NCBI GenBank assembly: GCA_039096225.1
Contig: JBBPEB010000007.1
Location: forward strand, 124,001 to 188,000
Source of the DNA: Blastocystis sp. Blastoise
Lineage: Eukaryota > Protista > Bigyra: Opalinata
Reading direction: 5' to 3'
DNA: 64,000 nt
The notes below the pieces were generated by a model. That model ran no database searches and was not told the origin of the DNA. It worked only from the letters and a program-made list of their open reading frames with translations. Shown in pieces: positions 18,143 through 37,743 of this stretch. The position numbers and the translations under genes are program-made. Each line of letters starts with the position of its first letter. Position 1 is the first letter of the stretch.

Positions 18143-18754
18143 TTAGTTACTAACTACATCATCAACAGAATTCAAGCAACCTTCAGTGTGTCTAATCACA
18201 CTCGTTGGTAATAGATTTGAATTGATCAAATCATCAGAATGTGTAACCATATTCTGAGTTGAATCTACTAATCCATTACTGAGAATTCTCAACAAAGTGG
18301 TATCATCAATCAATGAAATTAGTTTACGAAGCATGACACTGGCATTCGATGGTGATGGCTCCATATTATTTCTTACATCAGCATTCTTATTAGAAGAATC
18401 ATCTGTTTTAGTCAATAAATGACTAGGGAATTCAACCTTGTAGTACTCGAAATCTTCTTTCAGTTCTTTAAGCTCTTCACTTGATTTTGCATGAATAGAA
18501 ATCTGTTCTCCATTCATGTATGCAGTAATGAGACCAAGATTTCGATCTTTTGCTCCAACGTAAACACCATTATTGGCATGATTCTTTTCATTCAGATACA
18601 AATCATAGAGCACACTGTCGTTATACTTAATCTTAAGTATTTCAATAGACATGGCACAACGCATTTTCTTGTTGTCTCCATAGAATTCAATAAAATCATG
18701 ATCAGCATGGAATTTATTATCAATTTCACTTTCTTTTTCACAATCACGAACCAT
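18143..18754 (-). CDS. BTB/POZ (KCTD/T1-like) domain protein; 3' end uncertain
   Basis: LKIKYNDSVLYDLY...GVYVGAKDRNLGLITAYMNG...ELKELKEDFEYYKVEFP resembles a T1-type BTB. 203-aa uninterrupted ORF with coding-like composition. Confidence 0.55.
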   Translation of the reverse strand: MVRDCEKESEIDNKFHADHDFIEFYGDNKKMRCAMSIEILKIKYNDSVLYDLYLNEKNHANNGVYVGAKDRNLGLITAYMNGEQISIHAKSSEELKELKEDFEYYKVEFPSHLLTKTDDSSNKNADVRNNMEPSPSNASVMLRKLISLIDDTTLLRILSNGLVDSTQNMVTHSDDLINSNLLPTSVIRHTEGCLNSVDDVVSN

Positions 18755-19793
18755 TTCAATTCTTCACAATTAAAATAAAAATGAATAACGTCTTCATTAA
18801 AAAATATCTATTTGCTAATCTAGTTATTTGTAGATGTGTGTCACAGCCCTTAGTCAAATGAATCATCATTTAATGAAAAACATTGGTTATCAGCATAAAA
18901 ACGATTTTACCGACTGGAACATGAAAACTAAAAAGGAGCCGTTTTTAGAATACCACAATAACAATACTAACAGGGAAAGAAAAAACTAAACAAGAAGAAA
19001 AGAAGCGTTATTCACTATATAAAAGAAATAGACCCTAGTGAAATGTAAAAAAAAACATATAACTAAATAAAGAATATATGTATATCTGTAAAGAGAACGA
19101 ATTTATACAACACTTACTCAAAATGACATATAGACGAGGTTATCACATTTCTAATCAATCTTAAATGACTCTAATCTATTCAATGAATTCTTATTTAATC
19201 TTCTATATATTTACGAAATATCAACAAGTTTTTAAAACCTAAATCAAGTAGTAATTTAGATATGATATTCTAAATACAAAATTTATATTTATGATAGAGA
19301 TCTAAACTAAGAATTCCACAACATTGATCTAAATTTAAAATGTTTTTGCTTTCTTGACCATAAAAACAGAGAAATCTTTTGAAATGTATAAATGAGAAGA
19401 TAATTGAAATAGATGATACTATTCCAGCTCTTAAGCATGCATCAATTCAGTGACTGATTATATAAAAACTATCTAGAATACATTGACTATCAACCCAATA
19501 ATTGTTTCTTAAGAAAGCCTAAAAATGTTTTTTTAAAATCTTAGTTTCAATGAGTAAAGATAAACAACATACAATTCATGTAAGTAATCTGATCCTAAGC
19601 AATAAAGGTTAGTTTTCTGAAAATGACTTAATTACTCTTAAAAATCCATAGACACTAACAGTTGTCACAAAATTTTATGATTAATATAAATTTTATTTGT
19701 GATTTTTTGATGACTATGCAAACAACAGCAAACAAAAAAATTGAGATCTTTCATTTATAATTTTGTTATTTTGTTTTACTACAGCAAACTATT

Positions 19794-22852
<3,059 letters not shown>

Positions 22853-23101
22853 ATATTATTTAATTCAACTGTTTTATTATTTATAACTTTGTTTAATCTG
22901 ATGAATTATATTTTTAAATAAATGATTATTTTTAAACCATTTATTTGTTGTGTTCTTTTTTTAACAGTTCTTCAATAGAGAAAGAATAAAAACAATATAT
23001 TACTTTATATGAAACGTAAGAAGACATAATAAACATAAAAAATGAAAAAATAATAAAAGTTTTCTATTTTTGTTATAAAACCAAGTAATTTATCTTCATA
23101 A

Positions 23102-25769
23102 ATGATAGCAGATGTTTCTATTCTTGGTTGTGAGAGTGGTGATTCTCATTTTGGATTCATAGTACAACTCGATAAATCAAAGTATGTCTTTCTATTCCAT
23201 ATTTTAATAGATAAAGGTATTTATTCAATTGTGGAGATGGCACACAACGAATTTGTATGGAATACAAAGTTCATCTTAAGAAACTAAATGCACTTTTCCT
23301 ATCATCTTTGACTCCTGAAAAGATTGGAGGCTTAGCTGGTATTTTATTGTTATTCAATAATGATAAAGCTAATATTTATTAGGGATGTTACTCACTATAT
23401 ATGATATTGGAGTTCGAAAACTTGATATTTATGGTCCTGAAGGCATTATAAATTATGTTATGAGTCTTCAAGCATTTATAAAGAGGTATATATTATATTT
23501 GTGATTGAATTAAAAACATATAGACCTGATTTCAAAATAACAATTCGTGAAATCTTTGATGAAAGCTTTTGTTTTGAGAATAAGAATGAACAATTCTTTG
23601 TTCAGCCTATATTTACTAATGATTACTCTGATAGTATGATTATAACTTATATTTTAATTAATATTTATAGATATATCTGAAAATTATTATTCAAAACGCA
23701 TATATAAAGATCATATAAATAGTGAAAATAATTATAAATTAGAAAGAATACAATGTATATTTATAACTATTTATGTCTTTCTAAATCTTAATAATTGAAT
23801 ATTTATATATATATAAATATTTTTTTTATTTTTTTCATAGCATTTTGTGATTTTACGTTATATTCACGGAAATCATCGACTCCTTCTTCATACTCAGGCC
23901 ATCTCTCTTTCATTTTTGGACTTCATCCAACTACAGGAAAATTCTTACCTCAAAAAGCTATTTCTTTAGGAGTTCCAAAAGTATATATAATATATATTTA
24001 TATTTATTTTTATATCAATAATAGAATTCTTGATATATTTTTTATATAATAAGCATAATTGATTTCATTATATATATATTATTGCTTTATATATAATAGG
24101 GACCTATGTTTGCAAAACTGAAGAAAGAGGGATCTGTAACGCTTTCTAACGGAAATATTATAGATTTAAAAGACGTTACAGAACCGGCAGTTCCAGGTAT
24201 TTATTATATTTCTTATTATAATATATATTATATTATTTTTAAATATATAGAATTATTATTTATATATACTATTATTTTATATTCATCTACTATATATATG
24301 AATAATATATAGGTCCATTAGTAGCATATGTAGATATTGATACAGTATATTCACTTGAAATGTTTTTGAAATCATCAACATTAAATCATTATATAAATGA
24401 AATGTATATATTGTTATATATCTATATCTATTATTATTATTATAAATAATATATCTATTATTATTATGAATAGGAACAATAATATATCTAATGAACATAT
24501 TATTTCTGTGTTTCATCACGTTACAAATGATATATTCACATCCAATCATTACTCTACATTTAGAAATAGTATCCCAAATAGTGTTTCTCAATATATAACA
24601 GGAAAAACTATTTTTATGATTCCCACGGTATTTACATCGGTGAGCGTAACTCATAAGAAACTGGCTTCTTTATGCCCCTATATATTTAATCCACTTTCTT
24701 CTTCTTCTTTTGAAAATCAATCATATAATATTATTGTATATATATATATATATATATATGATGAATATGATTATGATTCTATTATTAGAATTATACTTTT
24801 TATTTCTTTTATTGTGATTGTATTAGTATTATAACTTTATTCCTAGTATTATTTATATTTATTTAATAATAATATATATATAATTATTATTCTATATAGC
24901 ATCCCTTAAGCACACTTTCTCTCCTCCCTGAGAGAGTTATGGGTAAATATACGTATATAAATATAGAAGAAAATACAAGTAATAATGAAATTCAAAAAGA
25001 AATTAATTCTATTCCACATTTTCTAGGTATATTAATAATTATTATATATTTTTATAGAATATATTTTATTTTATATAATTATATATATATATATAGAATA
25101 TAAACAAGAAATTAATACTATACGAAATACATTTTATGAAAATATTGAAAAGAATCATGTATTCCCACGGTTATTTAAGTTTGGTTCTAGTCGTATTCAT
25201 CTTTTAGGAACTGGATCTGCACTACCTTCTAAATATAGAAATGGTATATATATATATATATATATATAGAGTTACATTTTATTCTTTTACTAATGTTATA
25301 TATATTTTTATAAATCATATATATAAATATATAGAGTTACACTTTATTCTTTTACTAATGTTATATATATATTTATAAATCATATATATATAGTTTCTGG
25401 AACATTATTATTTTTAAATGTGACTACAGATGTGAGTGGATTCCCAGTATTATTGGATTGTGGTGAAGGTACTGTAGGACAGATATATAGATTATTTGGA
25501 GTTAATACTACTAAAGACATACTTAGAAATATTAAAGTATACATATATATATTATTATTATTATTAATAATAATGAATTTATATAAATAGATATAAATAT
25601 GTATCTATAGTATATTATATTAATATATATATAGTTTATATATTTTCAGTTATAGTTAGTTAATATATTATATATATATATATATATAGTTTGTATATAT
25701 ATCTCATTCTCATGCTGATCATCATTTGGGTCTTCCATTATTATTATCACAAAGAAGAAATGTTACTAG

Positions 25770-25812
<43 letters not shown>

Positions 25813-26009
25813 TTATATATATATATATATAGAAACACCGTTAATTATTATTGGTCCTGATTCTATTGTAGAATTTCTCAATTGTATAATACAATGTAAT
25901 CCTCAATTAAAAAATAGTTTTTATTTTATTTCTTCGCGTTTATATACATATCAAAATAATAGCACTCCTCTTCGAAAAGAATTCGAAACACTTTCTATTC
26001 GTACTATAC

Positions 26010-26089
<80 letters not shown>

Positions 26090-27239
26090 TGAATCATTGT
26101 GAAGATTCGTGTGCTATTTACTTATCATATCCATCATCAGGTATATATATATATATATATTATTTTTAATTACTATATAAATATAGATATAAATTATAAT
26201 AATGAAATTTGTTCATTTGTATATACTGGTGATTGTAGACCAAATCCTTACCTTCAACAATATATACAAGTATATATATATATATATATATTTTAACAAA
26301 AATTATTGTTATTATTTTTCTATTTTTTTTTTCATTAATTTTTATATATATTATATATATATAGAATACTGATTTAATTTTACATGAATCTACGTTTGGC
26401 GGGGATAAATTGGGGGCTGCGCGGGAAAAACATCATTCTACTGTTCAAGAAGTATATATATATATTATTTTATTTTTAAAAAAGTAAATATTAATATATA
26501 TTTATATTTAAAATTTCTTACTAATAAATTTAATAATAATATTATATATATATAGGCATTATATATTTGTGATATATGTAAAGTCTATCGTTGTATATTG
26601 ACTCACTTTAGTCAACGATATCCAAAGACATTAACACAAGATCAAGGATCAAAAAAGAATTCTAATGGAAATAATAATGTTATTAATAATAGTAATAATG
26701 ATAATATTAAAGATACTTTAAATAATATAAATAACGATCAATTGTTAGAAAAGAATAATCAATATTATCAACATTTAACGGTTTCTTCATCTATTCCTTC
26801 TATTCCTATTTCTCCTATTCCTTCTATTCCTATTCCTTCTATTCCTATTACTCCTATTCCTTCTACTATTCCTATTTCTCCTATATCTACTATTCCTATT
26901 TTTTCTATTCCTTCTACTATTCCTATTACTCCTATATCTACTACTATTCCTATTACTCCTATTCCTTCTATTATTCCTATTACTCCTATTGATTGTTCTT
27001 CAGTTATGGGCATAGATGCTTACTATAAATCTCTACATAATTTACTAAATAATCAATTTATGTCAGATGATGCTATTTTACAAAATATGAATAAACATAC
27101 TATTCAATTTAATAGTTATTTACCAGGTTGGGATTATATGAGTATAACAATAAAAGATATGGAATGGCTTCCTCAAATCACGTGCTATTTAGATACTATC
27201 CAATCAGTTGAAGAGGAAACTAATGAAACTGAAGAATAA
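23102..27239 (+). CDS. ELAC2: RNase Z, long form (tRNA 3' endonuclease)
   Basis: YLFNCGDGTQR, GKFLPQKAISLGVPKGP, LLGTGSALPSKYRNVS, LLDCGEGT, SHSHADHHLG, YTGDCRP, HESTF, HST, THFSQRYPK. One junction (26012) is non-canonical. Confidence 0.95.
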
Positions 27240-27646
27240 TTATTTATAACACTATTTTTTTTATTTCATAATACTTTTTATTTTCTTTCATTTAAATAGG
27301 TTTTGTTCTAAAAATTTTGAAAAATAAAATAGTGTCATCAATTATGGAATTTATTATTCTATACATACACTAAACAAATAGAATAAAGAATTCTTTATGA
27401 AAAAAAATTCTTATATAAACCCTTTCTTAGTTAAATTTTTAATTCTCAAATAAAATCTTTTTTTATTGATATTTTGATAGAATAATTCTTATAGTTTTCT
27501 GTTTAAACTATTAATAATTCATTTGTCGTTAATTTATTTAAAGAAACGTCAATAAAGTATGTTTTTTATAATAGTTTCTTATATATTTATAACACATAAT
27601 ACCAAAGAATATTCATTAAAAAACAGAAATCATATAAAAATAACCT

Positions 27647-28337
27647 ATGAAAGAAGGTATTTCTTTTTGGGATGCTTATACTCTTCTTACTCCTCAACCT
27701 ATTAAATCAGAAATACCTCTTTCATTTGAAACTATTGATGTTGATTATGGTTATGTATTATATACAAAAGATATACTAGAAAACGGTACTCTATCTATTC
27801 CTGTACTTCATGATAGAGCATATATATATATAAATAAACAAATTATAGGTATTGTTACTCGTAATAGTGAGAAAACAATTCAAGTACATTCAGGACATTT
27901 AGAATTACTTATAGAAAATATGGGACATATTAATTTTGGAGGAGAAATGATGGAATTTAAAGGTATCCCAAAAGGTGTATATCTTAATGACCAATATCTT
28001 AAGGATTGGATTATATATGGTCTTCCTATGAAAGATCTTTCAGCTCTTCAATTCTCTTCTCAATTACCAACTTCTCTTCCTGCTTTTTTCAGAACTAATT
28101 TTGAAGCTAATGAAATTGGAGATACATTTTTAAATCCTAATTCATTTAAAAAAAGGTGTAGCTTGGATTAACAACTTTAATCTTGGTCGTTATTGGACTA
28201 TTGGACCTCAATTAACGCTTTATGTTCCTCATCCAATTCTTAAAGAAGGTAAGAACGAATTAATTATCTTTGAAACTGAACATACTGGAGATTCCATGAC
28301 ATTCCAGGATTTTCCACTTATTGATATTATTGTTTAA
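27647..28337 (+). pseudogene. Intronless C-terminal fragment of GH35 beta-galactosidase with a +1 frameshift
   Basis: PLSFE...YGYVLY, HDRAYIY, LIENMGHINFG, DTFLN, then after an A7 run (28148-28154) GVAWINNFNLGRYWTIGPQLTLYVP...GKNELIIFE in the +1 frame. No TIM-barrel catalytic domain is visible upstream. Confidence 0.8.
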
Positions 28338-28815
28338 ATGCATTTTTATCTTTGATTTTATGAATTTTCTTAGTGATTATCTTATTTTTTGATTATAAAT
28401 CATTATCGTAATTCTATATAGCTTTGTTCTGTTATACCAATGCATTTGTTTTGGTTTTTTCAGATAAAAAGAATAAATTATTTTCCAAATTCTTAATGAT
28501 TCACTTATTTCTTTTTTAATACGTATAAAAACTATATAGATCACAATGATTTACAATAGAATTAGATAAAATATGTAGTTTATTTGACAAAAAAAAAGAG
28601 AAAAACTTTTTTCATGAATAAAGAGAAACTGGCAGTTTCTCTTTTGTTTTTCTAAAAAGCTACGGTTTTTGGAATCATGAATATTTTTAAAAATAGATTC
28701 ATTTCAAAACGAATAATCGTGAAAACGTCATTTTCTTCATTTGGTATCATGCATTGTGATTTTTTCTACAATATATATATTTTGTTCGTTCTGTTATTTG
28801 ATTTATCGTTTTTAA

Positions 28816-31578
<2,763 letters not shown>

Positions 31579-32179
31579 ACAACACTTTTCTTATTATTGT
31601 TTCTTTTGATCAAATTCTAATTAAATATGCCATAAACATATTTTTATATTAAAAAACCCTTGTTTTTTTTAATAAAATAAGTAATAACTATTTTTTCCTT
31701 TATATCCTATTTAATTAAACATAAAAAATAATGTTTCATGTTTATACAAATGCTTAGTTTTATTATTTCATATCTGTCTTTCTAAATATAGATTTTTAAT
31801 ATTGAATGGATTACATCAATTCTATATTTATGCATTCTATTTGCCTCAAACTTATGTAGGTACATATGAACAATATAAAAACATGATTAGTAAGTAATAT
31901 AATTTGATAATTACAATATGTACTGATAATTATCATTCTCTACTAGTGATATTCAATGAATCCATATATTCATCACTCCCCTATTTAAAAGCTATCACAA
32001 TTATAATAAAATACTAGTTTTATACATATTAAAAACATAAATAGAAAATTAGCGAAATAAACATGGAATTCATGATAATGGTCGCTAAAATATTAAAATA
32101 ATTTTTTTTCTTTTATATTTAAAATATTTTTCTGTTTTTTAGTTGTTCTATACATCCTAAATATATAACAAAACCAATA

Positions 32180-33209
32180 ATGAATTCAGAAGAACGTGTA
32201 TCTCGTGCTATGCAACAATGGAATATTGCTACATCCGATGTTCTCTCATTTAACCTTGAACAAGATAATGAAAGTATCTAAATTTATTATATTTGTACTA
32301 TCACTATCATTAATGATTGATATAATAACAAAACTATTGATTTGTATTCTTTATTGATTCGTTTTTTCAAATTCTTTTGTTTTTATCTTTAATCTCTTTT
32401 ATATTTAGCAGAATCAGATCAACAGTGTCAACCATGGAACTATACTCTACTTAAAAAGCGTGCTGGTATTTATTTATTCTATTTTTATCTAAGTTTAAAG
32501 GAACATTTTCTATTCGAAACTGGTTTGGTAAACCTGAAGAACTGAATCCATTAGTATGTGCATCCTTTGGTTGGATTAATACAGACAAAGATACTCTATA
32601 CTGTCCATTGTATGATTTTTTGAATAATTTTAAATAAAAACATCTATTATTTTTTTTTCATGTATAATTCTATATATTTATCTTTTTTTCTCTAGATGTC
32701 AGTCACGTGTAGTTGTTTTATTTGATGATTATCTTGTTGGAGATGCTAGAAAGTGCTTAATTCAGCGATATCAGAGTGAATTAGACCTTAATCATAGAGA
32801 TATATGCCCTTGGAAAGGGAATTATTGTAATCCAAATATGGGAAATCCTATAATACAGAGTAATAAAGATATTATTTATTATTTTGAAAAACGATTAAAA
32901 TCATTACAAAACTGTGAAAATGTATATACATATGTATATATATATTTTGTGATTTTTATATTTTTTTTATCTATGAAATAGAAATTTTTTTTTTGCATTA
33001 TATATATTATATATATTTATATAGTTACCTGCAATTGATTTAAAATGGTCTTCTGATTCGTTATTAAAAAGAAAAATTTCTCAATTATATACAGCTATAA
33101 AGCAAAATTCTCCTTCTTTATTAACTAGTGACTCTTCCTATTTATCTCTTTTATTAGCGATTAGCGGATGGCAGGTCAAAGATGGATCTCAAGAAGGTAT
33201 ATATATATG

Positions 33210-33290
<81 letters not shown>

Positions 33291-33523
33291 TTTATTTTAT
33301 TATTATTATTATTATTATTATTTTATTATTATTATTATAGTATGCATATTATTCTACTTATTATTATTATTATTATTATTAATATATTATAGAATTAGAA
33401 TGTATTCACTGTAGTCGTACGCCAACATTATCAAATTATCAGACTGAAAATGAAACTGAAATCGAATTAGTATATATATAGATAAACTAAAACTTATGTT
33501 ATTTAAACCTATATTCTTAATAA

Positions 33524-33589
<66 letters not shown>

Positions 33590-36500
33590 CAATATACAAA
33601 TATAGAAGATATTTCAACAAGTCAGACTATATATCCATTAATTACAAATAAACAATTATTATCATCAGTTATATCTCCTGATAGAAAACAGAATGAAAAT
33701 ACGAATAAGAATCAAGTTAATATAGATGATCCAAATAACCGCGGGGATCAAATAAAGTCTCTAAATCCTATATCTCCGCCTATTCCCAAGATATCTACTC
33801 CTATCAATAATAATAATAATAATAATAATAGTATGATTAATACTGAAACTACTATTTCCCAAAGTATTTCTAACCCAATTACAATAACTTCTACTTCATC
33901 ATTTATTCCTCCTATTAATATACCTAATAATACTAATAATAATACAAATACAAATACTAATACTTCTTCTACTACTATTACTGCTACTACTAATACTAAT
34001 ACTAATAATAATAATAATAAAAATAATAATACAATAATCTCTCCTCTGTCTTCTCCCCCTATAGGTCAAGTATCTATTCAATCTTCTATTCCACCTCCTA
34101 TCTATTTATCACCTATTGTGAATCATATTCATAAAAATAATAATTCAATTATTCATTCTTCTACTACTTCTATTCCTAAAGAATCTATACCTATTTCTCT
34201 TACTACTCCATCCATAAGTATATCTAAACAAAACATTATAAATCCTTCTAAATCCTCTTCTTCTCTACCTCTAACTTTATCATTAGATATGTCTACTAAC
34301 GATATTTTAAATAATAATAATACAATAATTCCTCAATATAACAATCAAAATATGACTCCAATTCACTCAGAACAAGCAAATATTAACATATCTGAATCAT
34401 CTCCATTATATTTAAAAATCAATAAATCTTCTGATGATGTTATTAAAGAGAATAAAAATACTATTGTAAATAATGATGCTATTAATGATTATAATGAGAA
34501 TTATAATTTTACAAATAATACGAAATCTATGGATATTGAAGAAACTAATAATAACTTACAAGAAGAAGAAGAAGAAGAGATTAATTCTTTTATTATGGAT
34601 GAAAATCATAAGGATAAGGATAATGAGATAGATATAGATCAAGAGAATAGTAAAGAGATTGATAATAATAATGAAATAGATATAGATAACGAAAATACTA
34701 AAGAGATTGATAATAATAATGAGATAGATATAGATAACGAAAATACTCATTCTGCAATAATGTCTATAGATATCGATTCAGAAGATGGATCTATTGATGA
34801 TAGTGATAAAGAATTATTAGACCAAGATGAAACAAGTAGTAATGATAGTAGTAATGATAGTAGTGATAATAGTAGTGATAATAGTAGTGATAATAGTAGT
34901 GATAGTAATGATAGTAATGATAGTAATGATAATAGTGAGAGTAATGAGAGTAGTGATAGTAGTGATAGTAATGATAATGATAGTAATGATAGTAATGAGA
35001 GTAGTGATAGTAGTGATAATAATGATAATGATAGTAGTAGTGAGAATAGTAATGATAATAATAATGAAAGCTGTCATGAAATTCATAATATTATTAATGA
35101 CAATAATAATGATAATAGTAATGACAGTAATAGTAGTAATAGTAATGAAACATCTAGTGATAATAATTCTGAAAATAGTGAAATTGAGAGTAGAAGTTGT
35201 AGTGATGAACATGCTGGTATTGATAATGATGATATGAATAGTAATAATGAAAATGAAAACTATGATAGTAATATTAGTGATGATGATAGTAATATTCATC
35301 TCAATGAAAAGAATGATAATGTGAATAATAACGAAAGAAAAGAAGTCATACGACAAATGGATATAAATAATGAAATTAAACATAATAAATCTGATGATGA
35401 TGAATATGATGATGAATATGATGATGAATATGATAATGAATATGATGATGATGATGAGAATGGTAATATAAATAATGAAGTAAATAATCATATACATAAA
35501 TCAAAGTCAAGTGAAGAGATTATTGATCTTGTTGATAGTAGTGATGAAGAAGAAGATGAAGAAGAAGAAGAAGAAGAAGAAGAAGAAGAAATCAAAGAAG
35601 AAGAAATCAAAGAAGAAGAAATCAAAGATGAGGAAGAAGAAGAAGAAATGAAAGAAGAAGAAGAAGAAGAAGAAAAAAAAGATGATTATGAAGAAATGAA
35701 AAAAATGAATGAAGAAGAAGAAGAAGAATTAGAACAAGAACAAGAAGAATTAGAACAAGAAGAAGAAGAAGAAGAAGAAGAATTAGAACAAGAAGATGAA
35801 GAAGATAAAGAATTAGAAGAAGAAGAAAAAGAAGAAGAAATGAAAAGATTAAATGAAGAAGATAAAGAATTAGAAGAAGATGATGAAGAAATGAAAAGAT
35901 TAAATGAAGAAGATAAAGAATTAGAAGAAGATGATGAAGAAGAAGAAAAGATGGAAAATGATGAAGAAGATGAAGAAGAAGATGAAGAAGAAGATGAAGA
36001 AGAAAAAGAAGATGCAGAAGATAAAGAATTAGAAGAAGAAAAAGAAATGAAAAGACTTGATGATGAAAAAGAAGAAGAAGAAGAAGAAGAAGAAGAAAAA
36101 GAAGAAAAAAAAGAAAAAGATGATGATCATGATGAAGAAGAGGAAGAAGAAAAATTAAATGAAGAAGAAGAAGAAGATGAAGAAGAAAAAAATGATGAAG
36201 AAGAAATGAAAAGAATGAATGAAGATGATGACGAATCAAAGAAGATGGAAGAAGAGAATATACATGAAAATGGAAATGAAAATGAGAATAAAGAAATAAA
36301 AGAAGAAACAGAAGATAATAATATTGATATTCATGAAGAAAAAGATGATGAAATTGATTATAAAAACAATATATCTATACATTCTGAAGATGAAGAAGAA
36401 AAAGATATTTATGATACTTCTTCTAAAGAACATTCTATGGAGATTGAAGAAGATATATCTCATACGTCATTAAATAGTCCAAAAGAAACTAGTGTTATAA

Positions 36501-37475
36501 CTATATCTTCATCACCATTAGATAAATCTAATAATATAAAAGAGAATACATCTATAGTATTAGTTGGAAAAGATTCATCAATGTCTATACATAAAAATAA
36601 AGAACAAGGAAATAAAGAAGAAGAAAATGAAATAAAAGAAGAAGAAGAAAATGAAATAAAAGAAGAAGAAGAAGATGAAGAAGAAAGAATACATGATTCT
36701 ATAGGTCATGATGAGTCTATAGGTCATGATGATTCTATAGATATATCTATAGAATCTGATGATGAAAACATAGATCATAATGATCATATAGAAAATGAAC
36801 ATATAGATAATAATATAGATCATAATATAGATAATAATATAGATAATAATATAGATCATAATATAGATAATAATAATATAGATAATAATAATATAGATAA
36901 TAATAATGATAATGAAAATGATGAGATAAATATGAATATTGATCTAGATCAACATAAAGATGATATTTCCAGTTTAATTACTTCATCTATGCATAATACA
37001 CTATTAGAAGGACAGAATATACATATAAATAGTCCACAAACTACTATTCAGCTGAATTCAGACAATATTCAGTCTGATACTGAACATGATAAATCTATTG
37101 ATATGGATATAGATATAGATATGAATAATAATATTGATGATAAAGATATGAATAATAATAATAATAATGAAATGGAGATAGATACTATAGAGAATCACAT
37201 GGATATATCCTCTTTAGCCAATGAAAATGAGCATATGGAATATGAAGAGAACCGAGAAACCAATAGTATTTCAGTTATAGAGAATGATTCAATTACATTA
37301 ATTCCTTCAGAATCATTATTATCTACAGAAGAAGTTGAGGATAATAATAAGGATATGAATAACAGTAGACATCTCTCTTTAGATTTTGAGATAGACATAG
37401 ATAATAATAATAATAATAGTAATAATATCTCAGATAATAATAATAATATCTCAGATAATAATAATAATATCTCAG

Positions 37476-37526
<51 letters not shown>

Positions 37527-37711
37527 TATCTGATAAAGATATTATGATAGAAGATACTTTATTTGACAACAAACAAGGAAATAATAATGAATATGAGAAA
37601 GAAAAGGAGATAGACAATAATGTTGATATTGATATAGACAAAGATAGCAGTATTGATATAGATATAAAAGATAATAATAATATGGATAAAGAAAATACAA
37701 AAAATATCATC

Positions 37712-37743
<32 letters not shown>

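Noticed and set aside
25262-25392. About 65-bp intronic tandem duplication with decoy AG sites (similar minisatellites at 10150-10262 and 53760-53970)
   Set aside because: Explained by ordinary slippage; no coding potential or alternative exon evident.
28144-28156. Programmed -1 frameshift at A AAA AAG in the GH35 fragment
   Set aside because: Continuation needs a +1 shift and the gene is already truncated. An indel or homopolymer error is simpler.
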